Assembly (NCBI GenBank): GCA_964016885.1
Contig: OZ024745.1
Span: 86,800,001-86,864,000 of the forward strand
Direction of reading: 5' to 3'
Length of the DNA stretch: 64,000 nucleotides
From: Eledone cirrhosa
Lineage: Eukaryota
Made by a program: the position numbers and the translations under genes. The notes beneath the pieces are model-generated. The model was not told where the DNA came from. It made no database searches and worked only from the letters and a program-made list of their open reading frames with translations. Positions 40,105 to 53,178 of this stretch are shown here, piece after piece; the stretch's first letter is position 1, and the number at the start of each line of letters is the position of its first letter.

Positions 40105-40352
40105 AGTATTGAAGTTTCCGTTAAAAATTGAAAAGGTCAGAGGAATGAAGAGTGCTCTATGTAAGTTACAGAGCTAAATATTTAATCTATAATAAACAAT
40201 ACATTATAATTACCGCATTACCAAAGGTTTCCCGAATAAGACGAATACAAGTAAAAGACAATATTCTGAATGCGGACGTTTCTTGTATTTGTCTTATTCG
40301 GGAAACGTTTGGTAATGAGGTAATTATATTGCATTGTTTATTATACATTAAA
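40105..40352 (-). mobile_element. Fold-back element between (TA)n tracts
   Basis: Arms 40188-40251 / 40282-40345. The right arm carries the HHR 3' strand cggGAAAcgTTtgg. Confidence 0.7.
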
Positions 40353-40370
40353 TATATATATATATAAATA

Positions 40371-40456
<86 letters not shown>

Positions 40457-40457
<1 letters not shown>

Positions 40458-41871
40458 TACCAGTTTAGCCGGCGTTGCTCGGGTTTGTTCATTTGTTATG
40501 AAAAGTTACATACAAGTAAACGTGGCTTGAAAGCGAATAAGCTTATCAATTAAGTGCAAAAAGCAGATGAACCGGTATTAAAAGTTACGAACTAATTAGC
40601 ATTTTGGACAATCAATGATGGGTTAATAATCTTCCAATAACGAATTTAGCAGACCAAAGTTGCAAGATGGTAATCCTGATGCCGCTGGGTGTCAGATCTG
40701 CCCTACCAGGAAATCGTTTTCCAGACGGCATAGCTCCAACACCTCCAACACCTCCAACACCTGCACCAACATCTATAGCACCTCTTTGTAGACGATATTG
40801 CGTGTCATCCCTTGAGGAGTGTAAGCAAAAAGTCCATTCCTGCTCCCTACGCGGGAACAGGCAACATAAAGTTGGCCATGGGAGAAGCATGGCTCCCCAA
40901 ATGGATGCCCGCCACCGACAATGTTTGCCCTTGTGACTTGTTAATGCACATGGCAAAACATGGTCTCACCGGGAATTGGGATCGCCGGAAATCGAACGGG
41001 ATATCTGACGCCGAGGGGAAAAGGTTCATCCTTGGCAGTGTATTCGGCAATGGGTGTTGTCATATTAATATTTAACCAATGAAAGTCGTAAAAAATAAAT
41101 AATTTAAACATTCCGATTCATATGTCTATAGCATTAATCTGTTATATGAAGTGTTATTTTGCGGGTTGTTAATTGCAATAAGCCGATTTAAAATGCCCCA
41201 GAAAAGCCGTATGTCAATACGGAACTCCAATGCCTCCCCCAGCGGTTAAATTATAGAGAGGGGGAATAATCTATTATAGAGAGAGAGAAAAGCGACGGAG
41301 AGAGTAAAGCTAAGAAACTATAGGAAGGTGTGTAAAACAGTGTTGCCATATAGAGAGTGAAAAGCGAGAGAGAGAGTAAAGCAGTTAAATTATAGAGAGG
41401 GGGAATAATCTATTATAGAGAGAGGGAAGAGCGACGGAGAGAGTAAAGGTAAGAAACTATAGGGAGGTGTGTTAAACCTCAAAGTATGAAGAGAGTAAAG
41501 CAGTTAAATTATAGAGAGGGGGAATGATCTATTATAGAGAGAGGAAAGAGCGACGTAGAGAGCGTTATGGCTATGTTTGTTGTATAAAATGATGTGTTGC
41601 TTAGTTTTCAAACTTTATGTCGCGTTCCTGAACGAAGTTTTGTCGCTGTTGGGTAGTAGAGAGAGGGAATAAGCATGTAAGAGAGAGGGTTACAGCATGT
41701 ATTTAGTTTGATCGATTTTTATCATAGAAGCAGGAAATGTTTAGCAAAGTTTATTACGCGTTGACCATCGTTGGTAAATTTGGAGCACATTGGAAAAAAA
41801 CCCAGCAAAATCGGTAGAGAAATGTGGAAATACATAAAAATCATACACACACACACAGACAGACATCTTCC

Positions 41872-41890
<19 letters not shown>
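40457..41890 (-). mobile_element. Internally deleted Helitron with Pif1 helicase C-terminal remnant (40775-41050)
   Basis: FRRSQFPVRPCFAMCINKSQGQTL, FSHGQLYVACSRVG and TRNIVYKEVL; 3' hairpin CCCGAGCAACGCCGG; 5' TATATAAAA plus (GTCT/GT)n; internal ~120-bp tandem repeats at 41245-41560. Confidence 0.9.
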
Positions 41891-41910
<20 letters not shown>

Positions 41911-42245
41911 CAAAGGGTCTATATATATAAATTAGAGGAAGTCATAGATACATATACAATATACACATAACATTTATGTGCATTTTTTCTTCTAGCTTCG
42001 ATTTTGTACCTAATTCCGTGTAGTTAACTATTTGTCTAATCAATTTCTACAGGCTAGAAGGAATATTAGGTAAGTGTCATATGGCTGTACATCGCGGAAA
42101 AGAATCTGTATCAATTGTCTATTATTTCTTCATAAGTACATTTTAAACTTATAGCCTCGTTTAAATGATTTTTTGTGTGGTTAATTTATACTGATTGGGA
42201 GAGGAAATACTGTATATATTTTATCTAATGATTCTTTGGACTTAC

Positions 42246-42343
<98 letters not shown>

Positions 42344-43184
42344 TGGATAGATAGATGGATGCATGCATAGATGAATGTATAGATAGACAGATAAGCAGTC
42401 AAAGAAAGAGATTGCGAGAAGGGTCGAGAATAATATTTGAAACATAACACTAATTTTTGAATCTGAATATTTTTATGTCAGTATATTTCAGCTGCTTCCA
42501 CTGAATTTGAATGATTCTGTATGAAGGAAATTTTATAGAAACGCCATTTTGTTGTTTGGAATATAGAAATACATTCAACTACAATTGAGAAAACAGAAAT
42601 AGCAAGACATTCGCTGCACATTCAAATTAAAGGTGTTTTGGTTATTTTATTTTATGTCATTTTCATCAAGGGTCATCGCTCTCTTTGTTTTATTTTTCTC
42701 GTATTTTTTTTAAGGGAATAGGGACTGCTTGCTCATAAGTCCATCTTAGATCCTCTCATGCTGGATGGAAATAGAGGGAATATTAGGAGGTTAGTGGTTG
42801 AACATAGAACATTAACAAAGAGAGGGAGACATACCCACAGACAGACAGATAAACCAACGGAGAGAGTTGAGCCACAGAGGATACGAGGAACAACTATTTG
42901 GGGGAAATGAGAAGGAATTAGAAAAAGAGGTATGTTATAATTGGTGTCTACAGTAAGATAGGGAGGGTGATGAGCACAAGGAGAGAGATTCTACATAGTC
43001 TCCCGACCTTCCTGGTAAAGCAATATACGTGTTTCAACTCCAATGGGTAAATACTTAAGATTCAACGGAACTACGTTTTCGATGTGAAACCTATTTCCGA
43101 ATGAGATATGAATTTCTCCACCATACTTGTCCTAGTCAGCTCCCCTCGGGATATCCGAATTAAAGCCGAATAAGTGCAAGAATT

Positions 43185-44258
43185 GCAGGAACATGTGCAG
43201 TAATGCACCAGCTTTCGCATTCAGTAATCAGAAGACGTGAGGTAGGTGTAAAAGCCAAACTCGCTATCTTCAATTCAGTATTCATGCCAATCCTTACCTA
43301 ATCGTGGGTAATGACTGAAAGAATACGATTGCGAATACAAGCGGCAGAAATGGGTTCCTCCAGAGGGTCTTTGAAGTAACGTTACTCGAGAAGAAGAAGA
43401 AGAAGAAGAAGAAGAAGAAGAAGAAGAAGAAGAAGAAGAAGAAGAAGAAGAAGAAGAAGAAGAATACAAGCGACAGAAATGGGGTTGAAATATCGGTACT
43501 CGATAGTTCGTAGCTCAGAGATCAGAGAGTCACCCCTGGTAGAGTCGCTACTTCTGCATAATATGGGAATGTAGTTAGAATGTCTCAGGAAAGAACCGCT
43601 GGACAGATTTTACAGCCAAAAACCAACCGACAGGAGACCCAGAGGTAGACCCCGACCGAACAAGATGGTTGGATAACATCCATGTGTTAGGCTGGTCTCG
43701 CTTGGGGATCCAGCCAGATCATTCTTCTTCTTCTTCTTCTTCTTCTTCTTCTTCTTCTTCTTCTTCTTCTTCTTCTTCTTCTTCTTCTTCTTCTTCTTCT
43801 TCTTCTTCTTCTTCTTCTTCTTCTTCTTCTTCTTCTTCTTCTTCTTCTTCTTCTTCTCGAGTAACGTTACTCCAAAGACCCTTTGTAGGAACCCCATTTC
43901 GGCCGCATATATTTGTGATCGTATTCTTTCAGTCATTACCCAAGATTCATAATCATAGGCAAGGGTTGGCACAAATGCCGAATTGAAGGTAGCGAGTTTG
44001 GCCTTTACATCTCCTCTCTTCTGATGACCCAATGCTGTAGCTGGCGCATTACTGCACCGGCTTTTGCAGTTCTTGGACTAAATTCATCCTCCTGTCTTCC
44101 ATCACTCGTGAACACACCACCGAGATACTTTAACTCCTCTACCTCTTTCAGTGGAACTCCATTTACATCTAGAGTGCACTGTGCAGGCTTCTTTGAGAAG
44201 ACGGGTGTCTCAGTTTTCGCAGAACTGATTTTTATTCCAGCCATGCAGCACTCGGCAT
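43185..44258. mobile_element. Rearranged RTE-clade LINE fragments (+ 43185-43720; - 43856-44258) with (GAA)n/(TTC)n tracts
   Basis: GIKISSAKTE, LKEVEELKYLGGVFTSDG, PTLAYDYESWVMTE...AAEMGFL, and TDRRPRGRPRPNKMV(W.D). Confidence 0.85.
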
Positions 44259-44264
44259 CATTTT

Positions 44265-44437
44265 TGGCAGTATCGGTAGAGGGTCGGACGCCATGCTTTG
44301 ACACATAGAGTTACGCTCTATGCCATTCTGAGTTCAAATACCGCCGAGGTTAACTTTGCCTTTCATCCTTACAGAGTCGATAAAATAAAGTACCAGTAAT
44401 ACACTGGGATAATTGCTGGCCAAAAGTAGAAACAATT
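44265..44437 (+). mobile_element. tRNA-SINE
   Basis: Match to the dominant family. Confidence 0.85.
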
Positions 44438-44448
44438 ATTTTATTTTT

Positions 44449-44640
44449 AAAGAATTCGAAGTTGGAAAGCCACGATAATGCAGGTTTGGATAGAGAAAAA
44501 TTAAAATGCAAAAAACAGGGTTTGTTTTTTTACCTTAATTTATTCATATGTCCTGATATTTCGAGATTAATATCTCTTCATCCGAGGAAATTTTCTCTGC
44601 CCAAACCTGCATTGTCGTGGCTTTCCAGCTTCGAATTCTT
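44449..44640. mobile_element. Fold-back element with an HHR in its loop
   Basis: ~52-bp inverted arms (44449-44502 / 44588-44640). Confidence 0.75.
44551..44588 (-). ncRNA. Minimal HHR with one core substitution
   Basis: tcct-CGGATGA-a-gagat atta atctc-GAAA-ta-TC-agga (U4 to G in the core). Confidence 0.7.
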
Positions 44641-44904
44641 TATACAATGCTTCAAATAAACTACAAATTTCTTCTATTTTATTTTTATATTAATGTGATT
44701 ATGTAATCACTTTATTCCTGTCAACTTTCTACTTGCTCTTCAATCCACGTGACAATATTATTATCTGTTACGGAGAATTCTTAAAAATTTTGATAAGAGA
44801 AGGAGACAGACAAATTTACGATGAAGCCCCTAAATATAAACAGTTGCCGATAAATATTTGACTTGTTCGCAGACAAGTTTTGCATTATCTCTTGCAGGTG
44901 TTAA

Positions 44905-46372
44905 TGAGGAGGGTGGGGGTGTTGGTGGTTGTGGTTGTGCTGGTGGTTGTGGTAGTGATGTTGGTGGTGGAGGTGGTGGTGGTGGTTGTGGTGGTGTCGG
45001 TGGTGGTGTTGGATGGTTGTATGGTGGTTGTACTAGTGATGTTGGTGGGAGAGGTTGTGGAGGTGGAAGTGGCGGTGGTGGTGGTGGTGGTACTGGTGGT
45101 GGAGAGAGTGATTATCTTTATAGAATGGTGGTGGTGATAGCAGTGGTGTTATGATAGAAATATGGTAACTGTGATGTTGGCGGCGGCGAGAGTGGTGGTG
45201 ATGAAGACGATGATGATGATGATGATCATGATCATGATCATGATGATCATCATTATCGGGATTTTTATCATCATCATTGTGCTGGTGGTGGTGGTGGTAG
45301 TAGAAGTACTTGTGGTGGATGTGGCTGTGGTGATGATGATGGTGGTGGTTGTGGTGGTGGTGGTGGTGGTGGTGATGATGATGATGATAAGGAGGATGAT
45401 GATGATTATCATCATCTCTATCATCAACATCCTGGTGGTGGTGGTAGTAGTGGTGCTGTGGAGGTGGTGGTGGAGGTGTTCGTGGTAGTGATAGAGATGA
45501 TGGTGGCGGTGGCGATGCTGGTGGTGGTGCTGATGTTGTTGTTGGTGGTGGTAGAGATGGTGGTGGTGGCGGTGGTGATTCTGGTGGTGGTGGTGGTGGC
45601 CATGTTGGTGATTCGAAAACTAACTTTGGAGCTATAAACGGTTTCATGGAAGAAGGAAATTGATGTAATATCCTGACGAGACATTTTTGTGAGATTATAG
45701 TGTTTCGTTTGTGTATATATCTGTATGTATGTCTGTGTATTCCTATGTCTGTGTTTATATGAATGTTTGAGTGTTTGTCTGTACATGTGTGCGCCATTAT
45801 GTATGTGTGTAAGTGTGTGTGTGTGTGTATGTGTGTAAGTGTATGGGTGTGTGTATATGTAAGTGTGTGTGTATGTGTATATATGTGTGTATATGTGTGT
45901 GTATGTGTATATGTACGTGTGTGTGTGTGTATATGGGTAAGTGACTGTGCGTGTCTGTGTATGTGTAAGTGTGTGCGTGTATATGTATATTTTGTGAGTG
46001 TTTGTCTGTGTGTATATGCGTAAGTGTGTGTATCTGTGTATATGTATAAGTGAGTGTGTGTGTATATGTGTAAATGTATGTGTGTGAGTGTGTGTATGTG
46101 TGTGAATATGTGTAAGTCTGTGTGTGTATATGTGTAAGTGTGTGTGTATATGTGTAAGCGTGTGTGTGTATATGTGTAAGTGAGTGTATATGTGTAAGTG
46201 TGTGTATATGTGTGTGTATGTATAAGTGTGTATGTGTGTGAGTGTGTGTGTATATGTGTAAGAGTGTGTGTGTGTGTGTGTGTGTATATGTGTAAGTGTG
46301 TGTGTATATGTATGTGTGTGTGTGTATGTCTAAGTGTGTATGTGTACGTGTGTGAGTGTGTGTATATGTGTA
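44905..46372. repeat. (GGT)/(GAT) trinucleotide and (TG)/(TA) compound simple repeats
   Basis: Direct reading of the sequence. Confidence 0.9.
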
Positions 46373-46509
46373 AAGAACTAACATTGAAGTATAGTGGTGT
46401 ATATAGTTGTGATTTGTAGAACTAGTTTAAAATAGAATAGTTTACTGCAGTACACTATAGCGGTGTTTAACTATACTGTTGTGAAACTTATTGTAGTGAA
46501 TAGGCAGAA

Positions 46510-46840
46510 TTTCATTTTATTCTCGTTGAGGTCATTTTATTCTCGTTGAGGTCATTTTAATCTCGTTGAGGTCGTTTTATTCTCGTTGAGGTCGTTTAAT
46601 TTCCGTTGATGTCATTTTATTCCCGTTGAGGTCATTTTATTCTCGTTGAGGTCATTTCATTCTTGTTGATGTAGTTTTATTTCTGTTGAGGTCATTTCAT
46701 TTTGTTGAGGTCATTTCATTCTCGTTGAGGTCATTTAATTCTTGTTGATATAGTTTTATTCCTGTTGAGGTCATTCCATTCTTGTTGAGGTCATTTTATT
46801 CTCGTTGAGGTAGTTTTATTCCCGTTGAGGTCGTTTCATT
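46510..46840. repeat. ~20-bp minisatellite (TCATTTTATTCTCGTTGAGG)
   Basis: About 16 tandem copies. Confidence 0.93.
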
Positions 46841-47019
46841 CAGTTGCAATTCAAGTTCGAATAACAACTACCAGTTCTATGTCACGATTGATTCAAACAA
46901 CTACGTCGCTACAAATGTATGGCCTGCTACAATTTAAGATTTAATTATAATAATAATATTATAAATTAAACCAGATTTGCCTTTCATCCTTCTGTGGTTA
47001 ATAAAATAAAGTACCAGCC

Positions 47020-47050
<31 letters not shown>

Positions 47051-49138
47051 TGCTGGCCTTGTGCTTGAATTAGGAACAATTTCTTTGACAGTTTCAAGTG
47101 AATTTATACTGCATCATCAGGTGTACTTCTGAGTTCTAAAAATGGAAGTAGTCACCTATACAATGGACCTTCCTGAAATATGATACATTAATATCATGTT
47201 GCTTTTGAAAACAATAAAAGTGGTACATTATGTAGTTTCTCCAGTCTTTTATAAAAATCCAATCATAATTTTGTTCTCTTGGATTAAATTAACCACAGGC
47301 ATAGAATCTCAGATGAAATTAACTTAAGAATCAGCTGCTCCCATGAAACACCGCTAGACTGTTGATATAGGAGCTCAGCCAAATCCTGTTTAGAATCATT
47401 TGCTTGTGACATTCGTGATCAATATTTATATACATCAAGAATGTTCAAATATGCAGAAATCTTTAGATACGTTGATATTTATTGAGATTTTATTGGTACT
47501 TTATAAAGTAAAGTAACACCAACTGGGAATCGAAATGGTTTATAGACTTGAGGCATATAAAATGAAGAACTCGGATTTTTTTTTATAGAAAACTACTTAC
47601 AATCGACTATATATGATTTCCCTACATTTTTCTATAGCTGAATTTCACATATCTACGACTTCTTAAACTTTGGTTTCTATTTATTTTATTCTATGTGAAT
47701 TTCTTTCAGGATTTTAAAAAATATCTTTGTTCCTTATGTAATTTTTATAAATTTGAAGAGAAAAACTAGCTGATCATTTCTAGATTTCTAGAAAATAGAT
47801 GTTGCTTTGTCTAATTCAACGAATGTCTTGAAACTAGAAATCCACTACGTGGAGTAAACAAAAGTTAAAATGTTATGATCTGCGGATTCTAACAAAATAC
47901 GACAAACGTAGTAATATAATTAGGACTGATGTTAGACAAAACAAGAGAAGTAAATGGGTAAAATTGTTTTAGTGTCAGATAAAATCCCTTGCGTTATTTC
48001 TGAACAGCACTTTATTTCCTGAGTATAAAAAATGTGCCTATATTCCCGGAATCGATAAAATAAACTGTGGGTTTAAAATAATACTTAGTTCGATTTGATT
48101 GGCTATTGACAAACTCACTAAATATGTGAGATTGTGTCTATATTAGAAACCGATATAGAACATTATAAGTAACATCATCAATCTTGAAACAAAAAAATAA
48201 CAACAACAAACGCTGCATGCCATCTGACGTCAGTACAAACTATTCCACGTTTTCTTTGTTTCCGGGTTGGAAGTTATAATGTCTAATAACCTTTATATTT
48301 GAACTCTAGTCGTTAATTGATAACTTATTTAAAAGTAATGACGAAATCATCGGGTGTAATCATCAGAAGGTAGTAAAAAAAAAAAAAAATCATCATACTC
48401 TTATGACGTTTTGGTAATATCTTAGCTGTAATTGTTATAGTAACTCTTAATTTCAATCGAGAAATATAAAATAATAATAATAAAAAAAAAGAAAACCAGG
48501 CAAAAATCATTAACATCCAATGAAGTCTTGCAGTGCGATATTCCGATGAATGTTAAACAGTCTAAACAAAAGACGACGGAAAATGAAAAAGAAAAAAGAG
48601 TAAATAAAGGAAAAATTAGTAGAAATGCCATGCATTATGTTCTTTGGTATAGTATAAAATGTTAGAAACATTTCGTGACAGTTAATAAGAAACAATTGTA
48701 TCAAGGTGTAAATTGTTTCTTTTCTGGGAAATTCTTCTTTTCTAACTTCTGACATTTATTACTATTGTTAACATCGGTTAGATTTCCTCTTTCGTGTTCG
48801 AAAGACATAATTTTACTCTGCATGTCTTCCTAACATTTAGTTTACACTAATAATGTTTACAGACTATAAATTTCAGACGAAAATGTTTTGCCTTTTGCTA
48901 ATGTTTTGTTATCAGTTAAAACTGATACGATATATATATGCTTTAGATTTAAAACTTATTTCAATTTTATTGTTTGTTTTATCAAGTATCTTATATAAGA
49001 CATGATGGAATAGTTTCATTTCGCGCCAATGTTTTCATTTTGACATTTCTTCTGTTTTTGTTTTGTTTTGTGTTGTTGTTATTGTTACTATTTTTCTTGT
49101 GCTTCAATGTCAACATCATAAACTCCTCCGCCTCCACA

Positions 49139-49300
49139 TTCTTCTTCTTCTTCTTCTTCTTCTTCTTCTTCTTCTTCTTCTTCTTCTTCTTCTTCTTCTT
49201 CTTCTTCTTCTTCTTCTTCTTCTTCTTCTTCTTCTTCTTCTTCTTCTTCTTCTTCTTCTTCTTCTTCTTCTTCTTCTTCTTCTTCTTCTTCTTCTTCTTC
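49139..49300. repeat. Pure (TTC)n tract, ~54 units
   Basis: Direct reading of the sequence. Confidence 0.97.
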
Positions 49301-49492
49301 GCCCACTCAATCTTTGAGAGGTTAGTGGGGAAATAATTCTCAAACATTCCACACATCAACTTATTTTTTAAATATTTATAGTATGAAGTAATTTCTAAAC
49401 AGAGTTAGTAAGTTAACGATAGGTATTAGTCAAAACATTACTATCAGCATTCAGCTATTGGCCATTCGCATATTTATAATCTACAATATATA

Positions 49493-49659
49493 CCGTATTT
49501 CCCGGCGCCGAAGACGCTTCGTCCTCGAGGGCGCACCCTAATTTTGAGAACCAAAACTTTGAAAAAAAATAATAAACAACCTTCGGCGTCCAACAGGCAT
49601 GGTAAATTTTTGAGACATATTTTAGGAAAAAAGTAGCGTCTTCGACGTGGGAAATACGG
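49493..49659. mobile_element. Tc1/mariner-superfamily (Tc2/pogo-like) MITE
   Basis: TIRs CCGTATTTCCCGGCGCCGAAGACGC / GCGTCTTCGACGTGGGAAATACGG, with TA TSD. Confidence 0.85.
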
Positions 49660-52600
49660 TATATATATATAATAGGGTAACGGGTACTGCAGAGTAATAC
49701 AGAAACCGCGTGATACGACGGCTGTCACCTAATGCCGTCCGTTTACCCTGTACCAATAACTGGTTGTTGTTTTACTGGGAGTGTTCAGTATATTGTAGGT
49801 TGCGGAATAACAGCAGCTAAATCTTCTTAATCATAAAGTATTATTTCAACTTAAAAAGGTGTATGAAAAGACAGTTTGATAGATAGACAAAGATAATGGT
49901 GAGAAAATTATAAGGAATATTAGGGGAGTGGTAAATGGGAAGTGGATTCTGTCCTACAAAATATCTGGACCATTGGTTATTAGAACATATGACTGATAAA
50001 ATGACAAGTCAGTCAATCATATTGGTGGCCTCCCCATAACCCCGGCGGACAGAATGGAGAAAGCGTTTCCCCGGAGGACGGCAAGGGAAACGCGCTGGAA
50101 AAGGCATTCCAGCTCGCGAGGTTCACACTTGCGGCTGGCCAGCTCAGCGCCTATGGTGGTGAGTAGGGAGGTTTAGGTATGGTTCTGAAAGGCGTGATTA
50201 GATTTACGTTGTCTTATGACATATGCCTCATATAGGTGGGGTTTACGGATTGCGTTTGCATGAGTTCTTGGATAGCGTTTATTGGTTTGGCGTCAATTTA
50301 TTTATGTTCCAGTTAAAGTAATTGTCAGTTATAGTTATATATGTATGAGAGTGTGTGTGTGTGTATGTATGTGTGTGTCTATCTATGTACGTGAGTGTAT
50401 GTATATGTGTACGTATGTTTGTGTGGAGTGTATGTTGACAGATATATAGCCCAAATCGATAGATGGGTTGATTTATTGAATGAGTAATAGATTAATATAT
50501 TGCTTCTATTGATATATTTCGGAATGCCTATCGTCTGTAAGACTATCCAAGATTTTACCTGTGTATATTTGGCTTTGAGCTTTGAAATCGGAGCTGAGTA
50601 CTACTATCGTGGACCCCTTGGAGCTTTTACAGTCTTCTGTATAATAGAAAGCTGATCATATGGTTTCAGAAATTGATCTCGGTAAATCGTATGAACGACT
50701 GATAACCTCCAACAGATTATACTTCGTGGTTATATTTTTCATATCTATTTAATCATCAATGGTTTTAAAGCCAGCTTTGTGAATATTATTTATACAATAG
50801 TGAATAATAAAATTTAGCTGATACTTAATACTGTTTCAAAATAGTAAACTTACAGCTTGTGACGATCTCTCAGCTGCTGTAAGTCCATCTACTTATATTT
50901 GTATCTATTGTATCTACTTTCAATTCCCCTTATTCACAGCCTGTGCATTAGATCCAGTGTTTACAATAGCGCAGTCTACCTATATGTAGACAGACTAGAT
51001 GAGTAGATATATTTCATTGTTACAAGTAGCAAAGAGAAATTGTTTTCACTTCTCGGTGATTGCTACTAATGAGATATTTTAAATTACATTTTTAACATAT
51101 TATTAAACTCTGTAACAAGTAGTTTTAGCGCTTTTAATACTATTCAAAGGAACCATTAGCTATTCAATTATAACCTATAGCTGAAATATTTTAGCCACAT
51201 TATTATCTGTGAAGCTATTAAGTACGATAAAAGAAACCCAATTTCCTATTCCTTAACCTATATCTGATATATCTATAGAAAAATGTTGTGTGTTGTTGTA
51301 GACGATTTAGCTAGCTAACAAGAACATATAAATTGATTACAACAGGGGTTTCAATAAAACGATTGATTTATGTGCCAACGTTTTCCCAGTAAATTAGAAA
51401 ACCTTACAATTTGGATATTGCATGCAGAATCCATATCTTTGTAAGATATTTCTACTTGAATCTGCAAGAACATTCCCTATACTTCAAAACTATAATCAAT
51501 ATCCTTTTATTTTGATTAGTTTTCACAGCTGTTGAGTGTTTTCTGAACAGCAATTCTGTTCGATAGGTTTCCTCATTAGTCCTGATCCACTGCCTTGGAA
51601 TATTAATAACGATTATTAGAAGGCCATTTAATGAAGTATTATATTTCACAAGGTCATCAACCAGTATAAGATGTTATTGCAATGCAATATGCATACCTTT
51701 AACTAATTCTCTGGATATAATCTCAAAGAAAAAATTTATATATATAGAAATAAAAAAAATAAAAACGAATCATTTTACTTTCTGGTTTCATGACCTGCAA
51801 AATGACTGCCTACCATTGGAGTTTAATTATTATCGCTTTAAATCTCTCTCCATAAATTAATGTACGATTTTTGCATATTGTTTCTCTGCATCGTGAAAAA
51901 AGTAACCGCATTTTTTAGAAAATGGTGTTGTATGTAAAACGACAAGAAACGAAACCTGAACACATATTCAGTTCATTCAACAACCATATTTATTATTTTC
52001 TGCTTGTAAATCTAATTCATATATACTAAAATATCTCACCTCTTACTTTGAACTATAGTGAAGTCCTATATATGCTGGTCGAAAATCTGTGAACCAAGGC
52101 ACTTAAATCATACATGGTTAAGGTTATTTAATTGTTAATATATTCCATGTGCTGGTATATTCCATTATTATATTAACAAACGAGTTTCTACGTGGTCACT
52201 CGATGTGTTAGAAATAGTAGCCAAATAAGCTTCAAATCCCATCCTACTCACTTATACAAGGACAGGCACATTATAATTTCCAACATATGCGTAAAAAGTT
52301 CATAATTGAGATACCTTTGATCATAAGTCTGCTCGGTTAGGGTTGACCTGTGGCTAAACAACAAAACCAACGGTAACAATTGACACATCTTATTGTTACT
52401 TTTTATCCCTGAGTTAGCTCAAACTGAGCAGACCTACGTTTAAAGTCATTTCACACGTTGCCGCCATATCTATTCTTAAATCCTTCTCTAAATATGTCCT
52501 TTCATTTTTAATGACTGCAATTTAAGGGAATGACTTAAATTTAACGGAAATTTAGCTGCTGTTACCTGCAGATCAAGCAACCACGAATGAACCTCACATG

Positions 52601-53178
52601 GGATCGATGTTGTTGCTGCTTATCTTTAAGCCAGCACTGATCGAATCAAACACATTCCAGCTACGATCATCGTGTTTCTATAAGATCTTTAAATTGCTCC
52701 ATTCTTTATTTATGGCAATAAAGTGTGAATTGAAGAATATTTAGTTTCTATTAGAAGCCCCAGTTGTTAGCTGGTACCGTTGATTTCAAAAGCTCCCATA
52801 TTTGTGGGTTGAAGACAGAGAGGTTCTGATTTAAATAAAAAGTAAATCAGTCTTATGACTCACTGAGTTCTTAAGAGTCACATTTGTTTATCAACATCAA
52901 AACGCAGAATTTACTAATCACCTTCGTGATAATTATTATCACGCCAAACGGAACTTTTTCATACAAAAGTTGCATTCGGTTTGAGAAGAACAGTACCTAT
53001 TAATATCTCTATTTAAAGAGATACATTAGTGAGAATATAACACTTTAATGTAGAACCGTTCTAATCATTAAAGTGTCAAAAGAGAGCAGAACATATATGC
53101 ATATTGCTTTACAAATAAGTGTGAAGTAAAAACAACTGACAGTTATTTACCCACGAATACAAATAGTCTTGGTGCAAA

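Noticed and set aside
44858-46419. Gly-, Pro/His- and Val/Cys-rich ORFs
   Set aside because: They derive from trinucleotide and dinucleotide simple repeats, with no splice or domain support.
47083-47125. Minus-strand CTGATGA...GAAActgTC HHR-like motif
   Set aside because: The core is present but stems I and II do not pair convincingly. It is at most a decayed relic, so it is not listed as a feature.
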